From: Eledone cirrhosa
Taxonomy: Eukaryota
Assembly (NCBI GenBank): GCA_964016885.1
Contig: OZ024743.1
Span: 297,972,001 to 298,036,000, forward strand
Reading direction: 5' to 3'
DNA: 64,000 nucleotides
Below the pieces are notes generated by a model that did no database searches, was not told the origin of the DNA, and saw nothing but the letters and a program-made list of their open reading frames with translations. This document shows, in pieces, positions 19,249 to 32,490 of the stretch; within the stretch, counting starts at the first letter, position 1, and every line of letters begins with the position of its first letter. The translations under genes were made by a program, and so were the position numbers.

Positions 19249-22200
19249 ATGAAGACGTATCTCAGAGTTGCAACACTTAATGTTGGCACTCTCACAAGTA
19301 GATCTGCTGAAATAGCGGAGATGCTGGAGAGAAAGCATGTGGATGTGTGCTGCGTGCAAGAGGTGAGATGGAAAGGTGCCTCTGTGAGACTAGTCGCAGG
19401 CAAACATCTTAGTTATAAGCTTTTCTGGGTAGGTAAGGGGGAGTAAGCATTTTCCTGGCTGAGATGGATCAATAAGACAATAGAGGTAGTTCGAGTTAAT
19501 AATCGAATAATTAATCTTAGATTAGTTGTAGGCAGGAGACTACTGACAATCATCTCCCCAAGCAGGCCTAGGCAAAGAAGAGAAAGACTGCTTTTACGAG
19601 CAACTTTTACAAACTGCAATGACAGAGGACGGAGACATCGTTATGCTAGCAGGGGACTTCAATGGTCATGTTGGACAGCTCCAGGATGGTTACACTGGGG
19701 TACATGGTGGGCACGGTTACGGCTCAAGAAATGAAGAAGGAGTGAGACTTCTTGAATTTTGTGATGCAAGTACACTGACTATTTGCAACACTAACTTCCA
19801 AAAACCTGCCAACCACCTAATAACCTACAAATCAGGCGAGCACATAAGCCAGATTGACTTCTTACTAGTTAGGCAGCGGGACAAGCAGATGGTGTCAAAT
19901 ACCAAGGCATACCCTGGGGAAGAATGTACCCCACAGCATAGGTTAGTCGTTAGTGATATCTCAGTAAGCAAGAGATGGAATGAGACATACAGGAAGGTGT
20001 GGAGACGAAAGGTCTGGAAGCTAAAAGACCTTTCACTAAAATACAAATTTAGGAAAGTCCTTCAAGATGTGTATGACGAAAAAGAAGACGATTTAGAGAC
20101 GTATGACATAGATAATAACTGGAATTTCTTACGTGACAATTTACTGCAGGCTACTGATGAAACTTGTGGTTGGAGCAGAGTTCCAACCAGACAGAGAGGG
20201 GCCTGGTGGTGAAACAGCACAGTAGATAAGGGCATTAGAGACAAAAGACTAGCATGGAAGGCCTGGAAAAAGGGTGGGAGTGGAGAAGGATATACAGCTG
20301 CTAAGAGAGAAGCTAGACGTCAGGTGTACTTAGCACACAGGGAGGCTGAGAGTAGGAGGTTTGCCAATGTTCTGCGACGGGAAGATCAGAGGCGTGCGGT
20401 ATTCCACATTGCAAGGCAGTGTGTCAATGCAAATCAGGATGTTGTTGGAGATAAATGTGTCCGGAATGATGCCGGTGTACTTAGTGTCACAAATGATCAG
20501 AAAAAGGAGGCCTGGAAATACCATTATGAGAGACTGATGAATGTGGAGAATAAATGGGAGAGAGAGAAATTACCCTCAGTAGATCCGACAGAGGGACCAG
20601 CTATTGAGATTGACGAATATAGGGTCCAAGAGGAAATGAAAAATGGTAAGGCTGCTGGACCATCGGGGATAGTTGCTGAGATGCTGAAGGCATCAGGGGA
20701 CATAGGCACTAAACTGGTTGCACGCATCATCAATCAGGCTATATATAGTGGTGTCATACCCAACGACTGGTGCAGCAGTATTCTCATAAATTGCTACAAA
20801 GGTAAAGGGGATGCTCTGGAGAGGAGCAATTATAGGGGTATAAAACTGATGGATCAGGTTATGAAAGTGGCAGAAAGGATATTAGCACAACTAATTAGAG
20901 AAAGGGTCAAACTAGATGAGATGCAGTTTGGTTTTGTGCCTGGGAAAAGTACAACAGATGCCCTCTTCTTGGTGAGACAATTACAAGAGAGGTTCTTAGA
21001 GAAGAATAAGCCACTATACTTAGCCCTTGTTGACCAAGAGAAGGCCTTTGATAGGGTACCCCGATCTGTCATCTGGTTGTCCCTAAGGAAACTAGGTGTT
21101 GAGGAATGGCTCATGAGGACAGTGTAAACTTTGTACAGAGGTGCTGTCAGTAAATCACGGTAGAAATGGAGTTCAGTGAGGAATTCCAGATACAAGTAGG
21201 AGTACATCAAGGTTCGGTCCTCAGGCCGCTCATCTTCATTATACTCCTCCAAGCCATAACAGAGGAGTTTAAGACTGACTGTCCATGGGAACTTCTCTAT
21301 GCTGACGATCTGGTTCTTATAGCAGAATCAGTAGAGGAGCCAGAGAATAAATTCTGGCTATGGAAACAACAGTTGGAAGCAAGAGGACTGAGAGTGAACC
21401 TAGCTAAGACAAAAGTGTTGACAAGTAGAAAAGAGGACAAAAATCTGATTCCGTCAGGGAAATGGCCATGTTCGATATGCAGAAAAGGAACTGGCATAAA
21501 TTCTATAAAATGCACACAATGCAGATCCTAACTACACAAGAGATGTAGTGGGATAGCAGGCAAACTAACAGGCAGGGAGAAATACGTATGCAGTAGATGT
21601 ACAGGGAAATTAGACAGAAGTCGCATTGATAGACACATTTTTCAAATGCTGGCGGGTGCTATAGAAGTCGTGGATAGCTTCCGGTACCTAGGAGATCAGA
21701 TTAGCATGGGAAGGGGGGGATGGGGTTCCGAGGCCATAGTATCTAGAATAAGGACGGGTTGTAAGAAGTTTAGGGAGCTGCTTCTTCTACTGACGAAGAA
21801 GGGTTTCTCCCTGCGTACGAAAGGCCGGTTATATGATGCCTGTGTGAGGAGCGCGATGCTGCATGGTAGTGAGATATGGGCAGCAACTGCAGAGGATATG
21901 CGACGGCTGGAGAGAAATGAGGCAAGCATGCTCCGTTGGATGTGAATGTCAATGTGCGTGAACGATCCAGCATGAATGTGTTGAGAGAGAAACTGTGTCT
22001 GAGAAGGATAGAATGTAGTGTGCGAGAGAGGAGACTGAGGTGGTATAGACATGTGATGCGCATGGAGGATGACCGATGGGTGAAGAAGTGCCAAGAAATG
22101 CCAGTTGAAGGAAGACGTGGTAGAGGTAGACCATGAAAAACATGGGCGGAGGTGGTGAGAACAGACCTCAGATCGCTGAAGCTCACGGTGGAGATGACGA

Positions 22201-22293
22201 AGGACCGTGACAAGTGAGGAGATGCTGTGCTAGAAAAGACCCATCCCACCCTTGCAAGCAGGGAAAAGCGGACGTAAAATGATGATGATGATG
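19249..22293 (+). pseudogene. Decayed near-full-length RTE family B (EN+RT+PHD) with very short 3' UTR
   Basis: ORF pieces 19249-19446, 19619-20212, 20324-21127, 21166-21531, 21646-21945 and 21936-22136 are collinear with the family A protein, with multiple stops and frameshifts; (GAT)n tail. Confidence 0.9.
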
Positions 22294-22361
22294 TTGAATA
22301 TAATATATATATATATATAATATATATATATAATATATATATATAATATATATATATATAA

Positions 22362-22550
22362 GGGCGGTGGATTGGCAGTATCGGTAGAGGGTCGGACGCT
22401 ATGCTTTGACGTATAGAGTTACGACCCTTGCCATTCTGAGTTCAAATCCCGCCGAGGTTAACTTTGCCTTTCATCCTTACGGGGTCGATAAAATAAAGTA
22501 CCAGTAATGCTCTGGGTAATTTCTGGCCTTGTGCCAAACGTAGAAACAAT
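22362..22550 (+). mobile_element. Full-length tRNA-derived SINE
   Basis: A box tggcagtatcgg, B box gagttcaaatccc, conserved body, tail gtagaaacaat running into (AT)n. Confidence 0.9.
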
Positions 22551-22573
22551 ATATATATATATAATATATATAT

Positions 22574-22662
22574 AATTGTTTCTACTTTAGGCACAAGGCC
22601 AGCAATTACCCAGTGCATTACTGGTACTTTATTTTATCGACCCCGTAAGGATGAAAGGCAAA
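22574..22662 (-). mobile_element. SINE 3' fragment, tail-to-tail with the preceding copy
   Basis: Reverse complement of ~22461-22550. Confidence 0.85.
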
Positions 22663-22697
22663 ATATAATATATATATATATATCATCATCACCGTTT

Positions 22698-22753
<56 letters not shown>

Positions 22754-23238
22754 TATATATATATTATATAAATGTGAAATGGGCGAAAATTGTCTGAGTC
22801 GTGTCTAGATACAGGCAAAAGGGTAGTACCAATGCTCTGATTGTCATGGAAATTTACACATTAATGTAAAACGTGCCGAGGAAGCGACAGGGCCAAAAAA
22901 CGGTCTTTTTCTATTGATTTTACCTCTCTATAGTTTGTTAGCTTTACTCTCTCTGTTGCTCTTCCTCTCTCTATAATAGATCATTCCCCCTCTCTATAAT
23001 TTAACTGCTATACTCTCTCTGTCGCTCTTCACTCCCTATATGACAACACTGCAGAGAGAGATAGGCCGTTAGACAGAGAGAGATACAATTAAAGTGTTAG
23101 ATATTCAGAGAGAGAGAGACACACACAGAGAGACAGGGACCAGCAAACTTTAGTTAACGTTCAGTAATGTTATATCTTTGATCTGTCGTCGCTGGCTTAG
23201 CAAACACACACACACACGCCGCGATACTTATATAAAGA

Positions 23239-26170
23239 TACTTATATATCATGTCTACGTATGTATGTGTGTATGTATCCTACAAACCTCCCTATTATTT
23301 TTAACCTAAAATACTTTTATATCCATCTTTTAGTGAAGCATTTCCAATTCATTATACGTAAACAATGACATTAATTTTTCGCTTTTAGTTTAGCATTTTA
23401 CATTCAACGCCTCCCTTTTTTAATGCAACTTTTTATTGAAACGTTGTGCTGGCTAATATGATACATGGACCCTGTGGTGCCCTTAACAGCCAAAATTCAT
23501 GCATGGAGAGGAACAAGTGCACCAATCACTACCCCAGAGCCTTCAGCAGGGAAACTTGCACTGAAGTTGACGACTACCCCATCTACTGGAGGCGTGCTCC
23601 CGATTTTGGCAGCATTTCGGTTAGGATTAAGAAGAAAGGGAAAGAATACGACATTGACAACAGCTGGGTGGTGCCTTACAGCCCTTTGCTTGCTAAAATT
23701 GTTAATGCTCACATCAATGTGGAGTCCTGCACATCAGTTAAAAGCATTAAATACATCTGCAAATACATCAACAAAGGCGGCGACATGGCAGTGGTTGGCC
23801 TCAATGATGGCGGAGAATCAAAAGACGAAATTACTCAGTTCATGATGGGAAGATACATTTCGTCCAATATGGCAGCTTGGCGCATTTTGGGGCTTGAAAT
23901 TCACCGGTGCTCTCCAGCAGTTGTTAACTTGGATGTTCCCTTAGAGAATGGTCAACGTGTTTATTTCACAGAGGAAACCGCATCGGCTGCTGCTGAACAG
24001 CCACCTGAGACGACGCTTACAACATTTTTTAAGCTATGTTCTGTCGATACATTTGCGGTTTCCCTTTCTTTACGTCGATGTACCTACCTACTTCACTTGG
24101 TCAAACAAAAAATGGCATCAGCGGCGACATGGGGAAAAAGTTGAGGATTGGGTAGGTGTCTCCAGAAGTAATGCCATCGGAGGCGTGTACAATGTTCATC
24201 CGAAGCAACAAGAATGCTTTTTCCTGCGAATGTTGCTGCATCAAATCAAAGGGCCAAGTCATTCGCCGACCTAAGACTTTTCGATGGCCACATTTGTTCG
24301 AGTTACAGGGACGCGTGCGTGAAGTGCGGGCTACTCGAGGATGATGCCCACCTGAACGTGGCGTTAACAGAGGCTGCTGAATGTAAGATGCCTCGAGAAA
24401 TGAGACGTCTGTTTTGTATAATGCTATTGTTCTGCGGCATAGGTGAGCCCCTTAGGCTTTGGGAAACGCATAAGGACAACATGTCAGAGGACATCCTCTG
24501 TAGACTACGAGCTGAAGATCCAGCGGCTGGCTTTGCTTTCAACGATGCGGTGTACAATGAGACCCTCATCGACATGAACAACCATCTTAAAGCTCTTGGA
24601 GTTGGCGGTGTATCTGATTTCGGTTTGCCACCTCAAAACACTCAGTGCTTTAGATGTGGAGTTCATGCGTGACTTAAATTACAACATCGACGATATGAGA
24701 CATCAGGTAGCTCAGGACGAACCCAGACTTTTGCATGACCAGAGACAAGCATATGATAGAATTTTCTCCAGTGTCAATTCAAATGAGGGACGGCTATTTT
24801 TCCTGGATGCTCCTGGGGGAACAGGAAAATTTTTTCTCATCAAACTTTTGCTTGCGAACTACGAAAAGACAAGCGGATTGGTTTAGCGGTCGCCTCCAGT
24901 GGTATTGCGGCGACACTGTTACATGGCGGTCGTATGGCACACTCCACATTCAAATTGCCTTTGGACATTGCAAAGAAGGAGAATCCTACATGTAGAATAG
25001 ATTGTGGCGACCCTAAAGCACATCTTCTTTCTGAGTGCTGCCTGATCATATGGGACGAGGCTACCATGAGTCACAAGGCGGCTTTTGAGGCTCTGGATCG
25101 AACTATCAAGGACTTGCGTCAGAACTCACGCGTCATTGGTGGAGCGACAGTACTGCTGGCTGGCGATTTCCAACAGACTCTTCCTGTTATCACTAGAGGC
25201 ACTAGAGCTGATGAAGTGAACGCATGCATCAAGTCGTCCTACGTATGGCAGTATGTTCACAAACTACATCTGACTACCAACATGAGAGTGCACGTGCATG
25301 GTGATGCAGACTCCATCGATTTCTCAAAACATCTACTGGAAGTTGGTAATGGAACTACACCTGGAGTGGATGAAGAGCATATCCATTTGCCTTTTGGGAA
25401 CTTTGTGTCAAACATTGACGAATTAATGTCATCTGTATTTCCAGACCTTGAATCACGATTCCATGATCACACCTGGCTGAAAGGGAGAGCTATTTTGACA
25501 TCACACAATGCCACTGTTGATGTGATGAACCAAAAACTACTCATTCAGATTCCCGGAAATGAAGTCTCCTTCAAGTCGATTGACACCAATAAAAACGAGG
25601 ACGACGCCGGCATCTACCCAATTGAATTCCTCAACAGTCAACTTCCTCCTCATGATCTGAAACTGAAGGTTGGTGTGCCAGTTATGCTGCTGAGAAACCT
25701 GGATGCACCAGAACTATGCAATGGAACGCGTTTAATGATTAAAAAAATAAGGACCCAAATTCTGGAGACAACCATTTTCAGCGGACCCGCTGCTGGCGTG
25801 ACCAGGTTAATTACACCTATGAGCCTTAGTCCCTCTGACGTCCCCTCTGAATTTACGCAACGGCAGTTTCCCATAAAACTCTGCTTTGCAATGAGCATTA
25901 ACAAAGCAGAAGGACAATCGCTGCAAGTGGTTGGCTTAAATCTAACACAGCAGGTATTTGCCCATGGTCAACTATACATCGGATGCTCCCGCGTCGGCAG
26001 TCCACACAATCTCTTCATTTGTGGTAATCCGAGCAACACAAGGAACGTTGTCTACAAAGAAGCCTTGCAATAACATCTTTGAACCCTACTCCACCCAACC
26101 TCTCTCTGTCAAACCACTCTCTAAAAAGTGGACCCAAGTAGCCCCGAGTGCAACCTAGCTCAGCTGCTAG
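23239..26170 (+). mobile_element. Helitron with internally deleted, frameshifted RepHel
   Basis: 3' end ...cctagctcagctgCTAG|T at 26170; the 5' boundary is approximate. Confidence 0.8.
23446..26073 (+). pseudogene. Helitron Rep (C-terminal part) - Pif1 helicase, about 4 frameshifts
   Basis: MIHGPCG, YPIYWRR, DNSWVVPYSP, HINVE..SVKSIKYICKYINKG; FLDAPGGTGK, IIWDEATM, GDFQQTLPV, LCNGTRL, QFPIKLCFAMSINKAEGQS, HGQLYIGCSRV. Confidence 0.92.
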
Positions 26171-26368
26171 TATATAATATATATATATAATATATATATA
26201 ATATATATATAATATATATATTATATATATATAAACGTATATATATATATAATATATATAATATATATTATATATATATAAACGTATATATATATATATA
26301 TAATATATATAATATATATATATACGTATATATATATATAATATATATAATATATATATATAATATAT

Positions 26369-26552
26369 AATTGTTTCTACTTTTGGCACAAGGCCAGCAA
26401 TTAATCAGTACATTACTGGTACTTTATTTTATCGACCCCGTAAGGATGAAAGGCAAAGTTGACCTCGGCAGGATTTGAACTCAGAATGGAAAGGGCCATA
26501 ACTCTATGCATCAAAGCATGACGTCCGACGCTCTACCAATACTGCCAATCCA
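26369..26552 (-). mobile_element. tRNA-derived SINE
   Basis: Same family as 22362-22550, inserted in (AT)n. Confidence 0.9.
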
Positions 26553-26642
26553 ATATATATAATATATATATAATAAATATATATATATAATATATATATA
26601 TATATAATATATATATATATATAATATATATATATATAATAT

Positions 26643-27437
26643 ATCATCATCATCATCATCATCATCAACGTTTAACGTCCGTGTTCCACGCTTGCATGGG
26701 TTTGGACGGGGGTAGTCCCACTTGAGGCAAGAGTGATTGTCTTGCTCGCATAGGACTGTCTGGCAGGTTTTCTACAGTTGGATGCCCTTCCTAATACCAA
26801 CCACATTTACAGTGTGGGTCTGGGAGGTTTTTACCGTGTTGCCTACACGGCCACATTACAGCGTGGACTGTGTGTGTTTTTTGTCGTGACACCACACGAT
26901 CTCATTTGTTTCGGCCTGGATGGCGCGGCACCAACATAACTTTACATAGAACGGGGTGGTGTGGATGGGGTGGGTGTGTGGGGGTGTATTTTGTTAGAGA
27001 TGCCTACTGGCTGGAGTAGGTTTTACTATATATTTAGGTAAGGCGGGTCTTCTCTGTTACTGAGTACCGCCAAAGGTCTCGGTCCAGTGACATTGTCTTG
27101 GAGAGGTGTAAGTGTGTGATGTCGGAGTTTATCAGCTCGTCCCAGGTTTTTCTAGGTCTGCCTATTCCGTGACTACCGTCTATCTTTATTGCCCTGCACT
27201 TTGTTATACAGCTATCGACTTTCATGCGCATCACGTGTCCATACCAACGTAGCCTTCTCTCGAGTAAACAACATCTGATCCCTCTTATCTCTAATTTTTT
27301 CCTTAGTTCGTTTATGCTTTGCCGTTCACGTATATTACTGTTACACATCCAGCGGAGCATGCAAGCTTCGTTCCTCTCTAGTCTGCGTATATCCTCTGCA
27401 CACAATGCCCAGGTCTCACTGCCATGCAGCATTGCTG
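26643..27437 (-). mobile_element. 5'-truncated RTE family A copy
   Basis: ORF 27034-27432 matches the C-terminus of the intact ORF; full 3' UTR and (CAT)n. Confidence 0.92.
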
Positions 27438-27461
27438 AATATATATATATAAAATATATAT

Positions 27462-28751
27462 ATCATCATTTAACGTCCATCTTCCACGCTAGCATGGGTT
27501 AGATGCGAGTTGTGCCATATCAGGCAACGATCTCGATCTCGATCTTATTATCACATTTATTTGGACTGGATGTTGTGGTACCAACTTTACAGAGAGTGGG
27601 TGGTGTTGGTGGGAGTGGGAGGATAGGGTAGGGGTAGTGGATTGGGGTGTATATTTGGTTAGGAGATGCCTATTGACTGTAGGTTTCGCTTTGTACATAG
27701 GCAAGGCGGGTCTTCTGTATTACTGCGTAACGCCAAAGATCTCGGTCCGGTGACATTGTCTTAGAGAAGTGCAAGTGTGTAAGGTCGGAATTTATCAAAT
27801 CGTCCCAGGTTTTTCTGGGTCTGCCTACTCCATAACTACCATCAATTTTGATCGCCCTGCACTTTTTTATGCAGCTGTCGTCTTTCATGCGCATCACGTG
27901 GCCATACCAACGTAGTCTTCTCTCAAGTAAACAGCATCTGATCCCTCTTATTCCTAATTTCTCACTTAGTTCATTTATGCTTTGCCGTTCACGTATATTA
28001 CTATTACACATCCAACGGAGCATGCATGCTTCATTCCTTTCCAGTCTGCGCAGGTCCTCTGCACGTAATGCCCATGTCTCTCTGCCATGTAGCATTGCTG
28101 TTCGTATACAAGCATCATACAATCTGCCTTTCATTTTTAGAGAGAAACCTTTTGTGGCCAACAGCGGTATAAGCTCTCTGAACTTTTTCCATCCCGTTCT
28201 GACTCTGACTACTGTACTTTCAGAACACCCTCCACCACTGCTGATTTTGTCACCCAGGTAACGGAAAGTGTCTACTATTTCTATAGAACCATCTGGGCAA
28301 TAGAAGGAGCTAGTATCCTGTGGACACTTGCTACTTATTGCACCTGAGCATTGGCCACATATAAAGTCTACGTTCTTAGATACCTTACCTGTGATCCCAC
28401 TACATCTTTTATGTACCCATATTTGGCATTTGGGACATAAAATGGAATTTCTGCCTACTCCTTTCCTACACACTGAGCATGGCCATTTCCCTGAGGGTAC
28501 CTGTGCCCTATTTTCTTTTCTACAAACTAGAACTTTAGTCTTAGACAAGTTAACTTTAAGGCCTTTTGATTCTAGGCCATGTTTCCATGTTTGGAATTTC
28601 TTCTCTAGTTCAGCCATTGATTCAGCTATGAGCGTTAGATCATCTGCGTATAGGAGCTCCCATGGATGGGCAGCCGGTCTTGAACTCCTCTGTTATAGCC
28701 TGAAGGGCAATAATAAATAGGAGGGGGCTAAGGACTGAGCCTTGATGAACG
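27462..28751 (-). mobile_element. 5'-truncated RTE, sister subfamily with a shorter, different 3' UTR
   Basis: ORF 27670-28617 includes the PHD finger; the UTR lacks the tandem modules. Confidence 0.9.
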
Positions 28752-31348
28752 TGGTGGAACAACATGGTAGATAGGGCCATTAGAGACAAAAGACTGGCAT
28801 GGAAGGCTTGGAAAAATGGTGGGAGTAGGGAAGGGTACACAGCTGCTAGGAGAGAAGCTAGACGTCAGGTGTACTTAGCACGCAGGGAGGCTGCGAGTAG
28901 GAGGTCTGCCAATGTTCTGCGACAGGCAGTGTGTCGGTGCAAGTCAGGATGTTATGTGTTAAATGTGTTCGGAATAATGCCGGTGTACTTAGTGTCACAA
29001 ATGATAAAAAAAAGGAGGCCTGGAAATGTCACTATGAGAGACTTATGAATGTGGAGAATGAATGGGACAGAGAGAAATTACCCCCAGTATACCCAACAGA
29101 GGGACCAGCTATTGAGATTGATATAGGGTACAAAAGGCAATTAAAGAAATGTAAAATGGTAAGGCTGCTGGACCGTTGGGGATAGTTGCTGAGATGCTGA
29201 AGGCATCAGGTGAAGTAGGCATTAAACTGGTTGCATGCATCATCAATCAAGTTATATATGGTGGTGTCCTACCCAACGACTGGTGCAGCAGTATTCTCAT
29301 AAATTGCTACAAAATTAAAGGGGATGCTCTAGAGAGGAGCAATTATAGGGGCAAAAATCTGATGGATCAGGTTATGAAAGTAGCAGAGAGAATATTAGCG
29401 CAACTGATTAGAGAAAGGGTCAAATTAGATGAGATGCAGTTTGGTTTTGTGCCTCGAAAAGTACAACAGATGTTCTCTTCTTAGTGAGGCAACTACAAGA
29501 GAAGTTCTTAGAGAAGAATAAGCCACTATACTTAGCTTTTGTTAACCTAGAGAAGGCCTTTGATAGGGTACTCCGATCTGTCATCTGGTGGTCCCTAAGG
29601 AAACTAGGTGTAGAGGAATGGCTTGTGAGGGCAGTGCAAGCTATGTACAGGGGTGCTGTCAGTAAAGTGAGGGTAGGTATGGAGTTTAGTGAGGAATTCC
29701 AGATACAAGTAGGAGTACATCAGGGTTCGGTCTTCAGCCCGCTCTTGTTCATTATAGTCCTCCAAGCCATAACAGAGGAGTTTAAGACTGGATGCCCATG
29801 GGAACTTCTATATGCTGATGATCTGGCTCTTATAGCAGAATCAGTAGAGTAGCTAGAGAATAAATTCTGGTTATAGAAACAGCAGTTGGAATCAAGGGGA
29901 CTGAGAGTGAACATAGCTAAGACAAAAGTATTGATAAGTAGAAGAGAGGACAATACTCTAATTCCATCAGAGAAATGGCCATGTTCGATATGTAGGAAAG
30001 GAACTGGCATAAATTCCATAAAATGTATGTAATGCAGATCTTGGGTACACAAGAGATGTAGTGTGATAGCAGGAAAACTAACAGGTAGGGAAAACTACGT
30101 ATGCAGTAGATGTACAGGGAAAGTTGGCAGTATTAATCGCAGTGATAGACACATATTTCCAATGCAGGTGGGTTCTATAGAAGTAGTTGATAGCTTCTGG
30201 TACCTAGGAGATCAGATTAGCATGGAAGAGGGGTGTTTCGAGGCCATAGTATCTAGAATAAGGACGGATTGGAAGAAGTTTAGGGAGTTGCTTCCTTTGT
30301 TGACAAAGAAGGGTTTCTCCCTGCATACGAAAGGACGGTTATATGATACCTGGGCATACGTTAAGACGGGCGTTCCGGAAAGTGAAAGTAAATTTTTTGA
30401 CAACACTGTGAATTTGTTTTTGTTTTTTTTTACAATGAAAGTTACGATACACACGCAATTGTATGGATTTCTTAATATATATATATGTGTGGGTGTGTAT
30501 ATGTGTGTATATATATGTGTGTCTGTATGTATATATATATATATATGTGTGTGTTTGTATATATATATATATGTGTTTGTGTCATCATCATCGTTTAACG
30601 TCTATCTAAAGAAAAAATAATCACACACGCAATACTAATTAACACCATATCACTATAGAGACCTGTTGTAAATAAACAAATAAATTCAGTGTACACACAT
30701 ATATACACACATATACACACCCACACATATATATATTAAGAAATCCATACAATTGCGTGTGTATCGTACAATTGCGTGTGTATCGTAACTTTCACTATTG
30801 AGACCTGTTGTAAAAAAAAAAAAAAAAAAATTCAGTGTTGTCAAAAAATTTACTTTCATTTTCCGGAACGCCCGTCTTAACGTATGCCTGATAACTGTGT
30901 GAGATGCGCGATGCTGCATGGTAGTGAAACATGGGCAGCAACTGCAGAGGATATGCGACAGCTGGAGAGAAATGAGGCAAGTATGCTCCGTTGGATGTGC
31001 CATGTCAATGTGCGTGAATGACCAAGCATGGACGAGTTGAGAAAGAAACTGGGTATAAGAGGGATAAGTTGTGGTGTGCAGGAGAGAAGGCTGAGATGGT
31101 ATGGACATGTGATGCGCATGGAGGATGACCGTTGGGTAAAGAAGTGCCAAGAAATGCCAGTTGAAGGAAGACGCAGTAGAGGTAGACCACGTAAAACATG
31201 GGCGGATGTGGTGAGAACAGACCTCAGATCGCTGAAACTCACCGAGGAGATGACGAAGGACCGTGACAAGTGGAGAGATGCTGTGCTGAATAGGACCCGT
31301 CCAACCCTTGCAAGCAGGGAAAAGCAGACGTAAAATGATGATCATGAT
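28752..31348 (+). pseudogene. Decayed 5'-truncated RTE family B copy interrupted by a MITE
   Basis: Collinear with 20205-22293; ends ...LASREKQT* then (GAT)n. Confidence 0.9.
30353..30888. mobile_element. Fold-back MITE with long TIRs (5'-GGCATACGTTAAG) and 9-bp TSD; Mutator- or Merlin-like
   Basis: TSD tgatacctg (30344-30352) / tgataactg (30889-30897); the RTE sequence resumes collinearly after it. Confidence 0.85.
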
Positions 31349-31368
31349 ATATATATATATATATTATA

Positions 31369-32010
31369 CTAGCAGAATGGCCCGGCGTTGCTCAGAATTC
31401 TAAAAATAGATTGGTATGTTTATCCCTCCTTTCTGAAATAGTACAGAGAAGTACGGAATACCACGGCCTGGGGATGGTGTCGACAAACCGAACATGTATT
31501 TGTTGTGCTATGGTACAATGAAAGCAATAGTTACAGAGCAGTGAACATTCACCACCAAAAATATTGATAAACAGAAGACCCTAAAATTTGTAATAATTAA
31601 GACGTGATAATAAAATAACGACACTAAACTATTTTCGAGTACTTCGTGATATGAAAGTGAGGTGGGGTGGAGAAAAATATAAAACTTACTCGTGAATGAC
31701 CAAGACAGCTTAAAAAATTTCCATTTCCAGAGCTTCCAAGTGCAATAACTCTTAATTATTTATAGGTGACTCTAAACTTTAATGAAATACAATTTAATGT
31801 TAATAGAAATGAACTCGCTTATATTCAACAAAAAAGGACCATGAAAGTTGATGTGATGAGGATAATAATTAACAATCACGTGTATTATAATTATGGAATA
31901 TTTCTACATGTGCTTTCCATTAACGGGAAAGCAAAATTTCCAGACAAAAAAGCAAAAACAGAAATGTAAATACAAACGAACGTATTTAGTGTCTGTATAT
32001 ACACTTCTAC
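31369..32010 (-). mobile_element. Non-autonomous Helitron (3' end clear, 5' end uncertain)
   Basis: Minus strand ctgagcaacgccgggccattctgCTAG|T, same terminus type as 12952, 14278 and 16374. Confidence 0.55.
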
Positions 32011-32016
32011 CTATCC

Positions 32017-32490
32017 GCAGTATCGTAGAGGGTTGGACGCCATGCTTTCTAGCATAGTTACGTCCCTTTACGGTCTGTGTTCAAATCCCGCCAAGGTTAA
32101 CTTTGCCTTTCATCCTTAGGGGGTCGATAAAATAAAGTACCAGTAATGTACTGGCTAATTGCTGGCATTGTGCCAAAAGTAGAAACAATTATTAACTTTG
32201 CCTTTCATCCTTACGGGGGCGATAAAATAAAGTACCAGTGGTACACTGAGATAATTGCTGGCCTTGTGCCAAAAGTAGAAACAATTATTGCAGAATAGGG
32301 CGGTGGATTGGCAGTATCGGTAGAGGGTCGGACGCCATACTTTTACGCATAGAGTTACGGCCCTTGCCATTCTGAGTTCAAATCCCGCCGAGGTTAACTT
32401 TGCCTTTCATCCTTATGGGGTCGATAAAATAAAGTACCAATAATGCACTGGGTAATTGCTGGCTTTGTTCCAAAAGTAGAAACAATTATT
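32017..32490 (+). mobile_element. Tandem SINE cluster (copy + partial duplicate + full copy)
   Basis: The body gcctttcatcctta.ggggtcgataaaataaagtacca occurs three times. Confidence 0.85.

Noticed and set aside
22362-22460. tRNA genes at SINE heads
   Set aside because: A and B boxes are present, but there is no complete cloverleaf and each continues into the SINE body.
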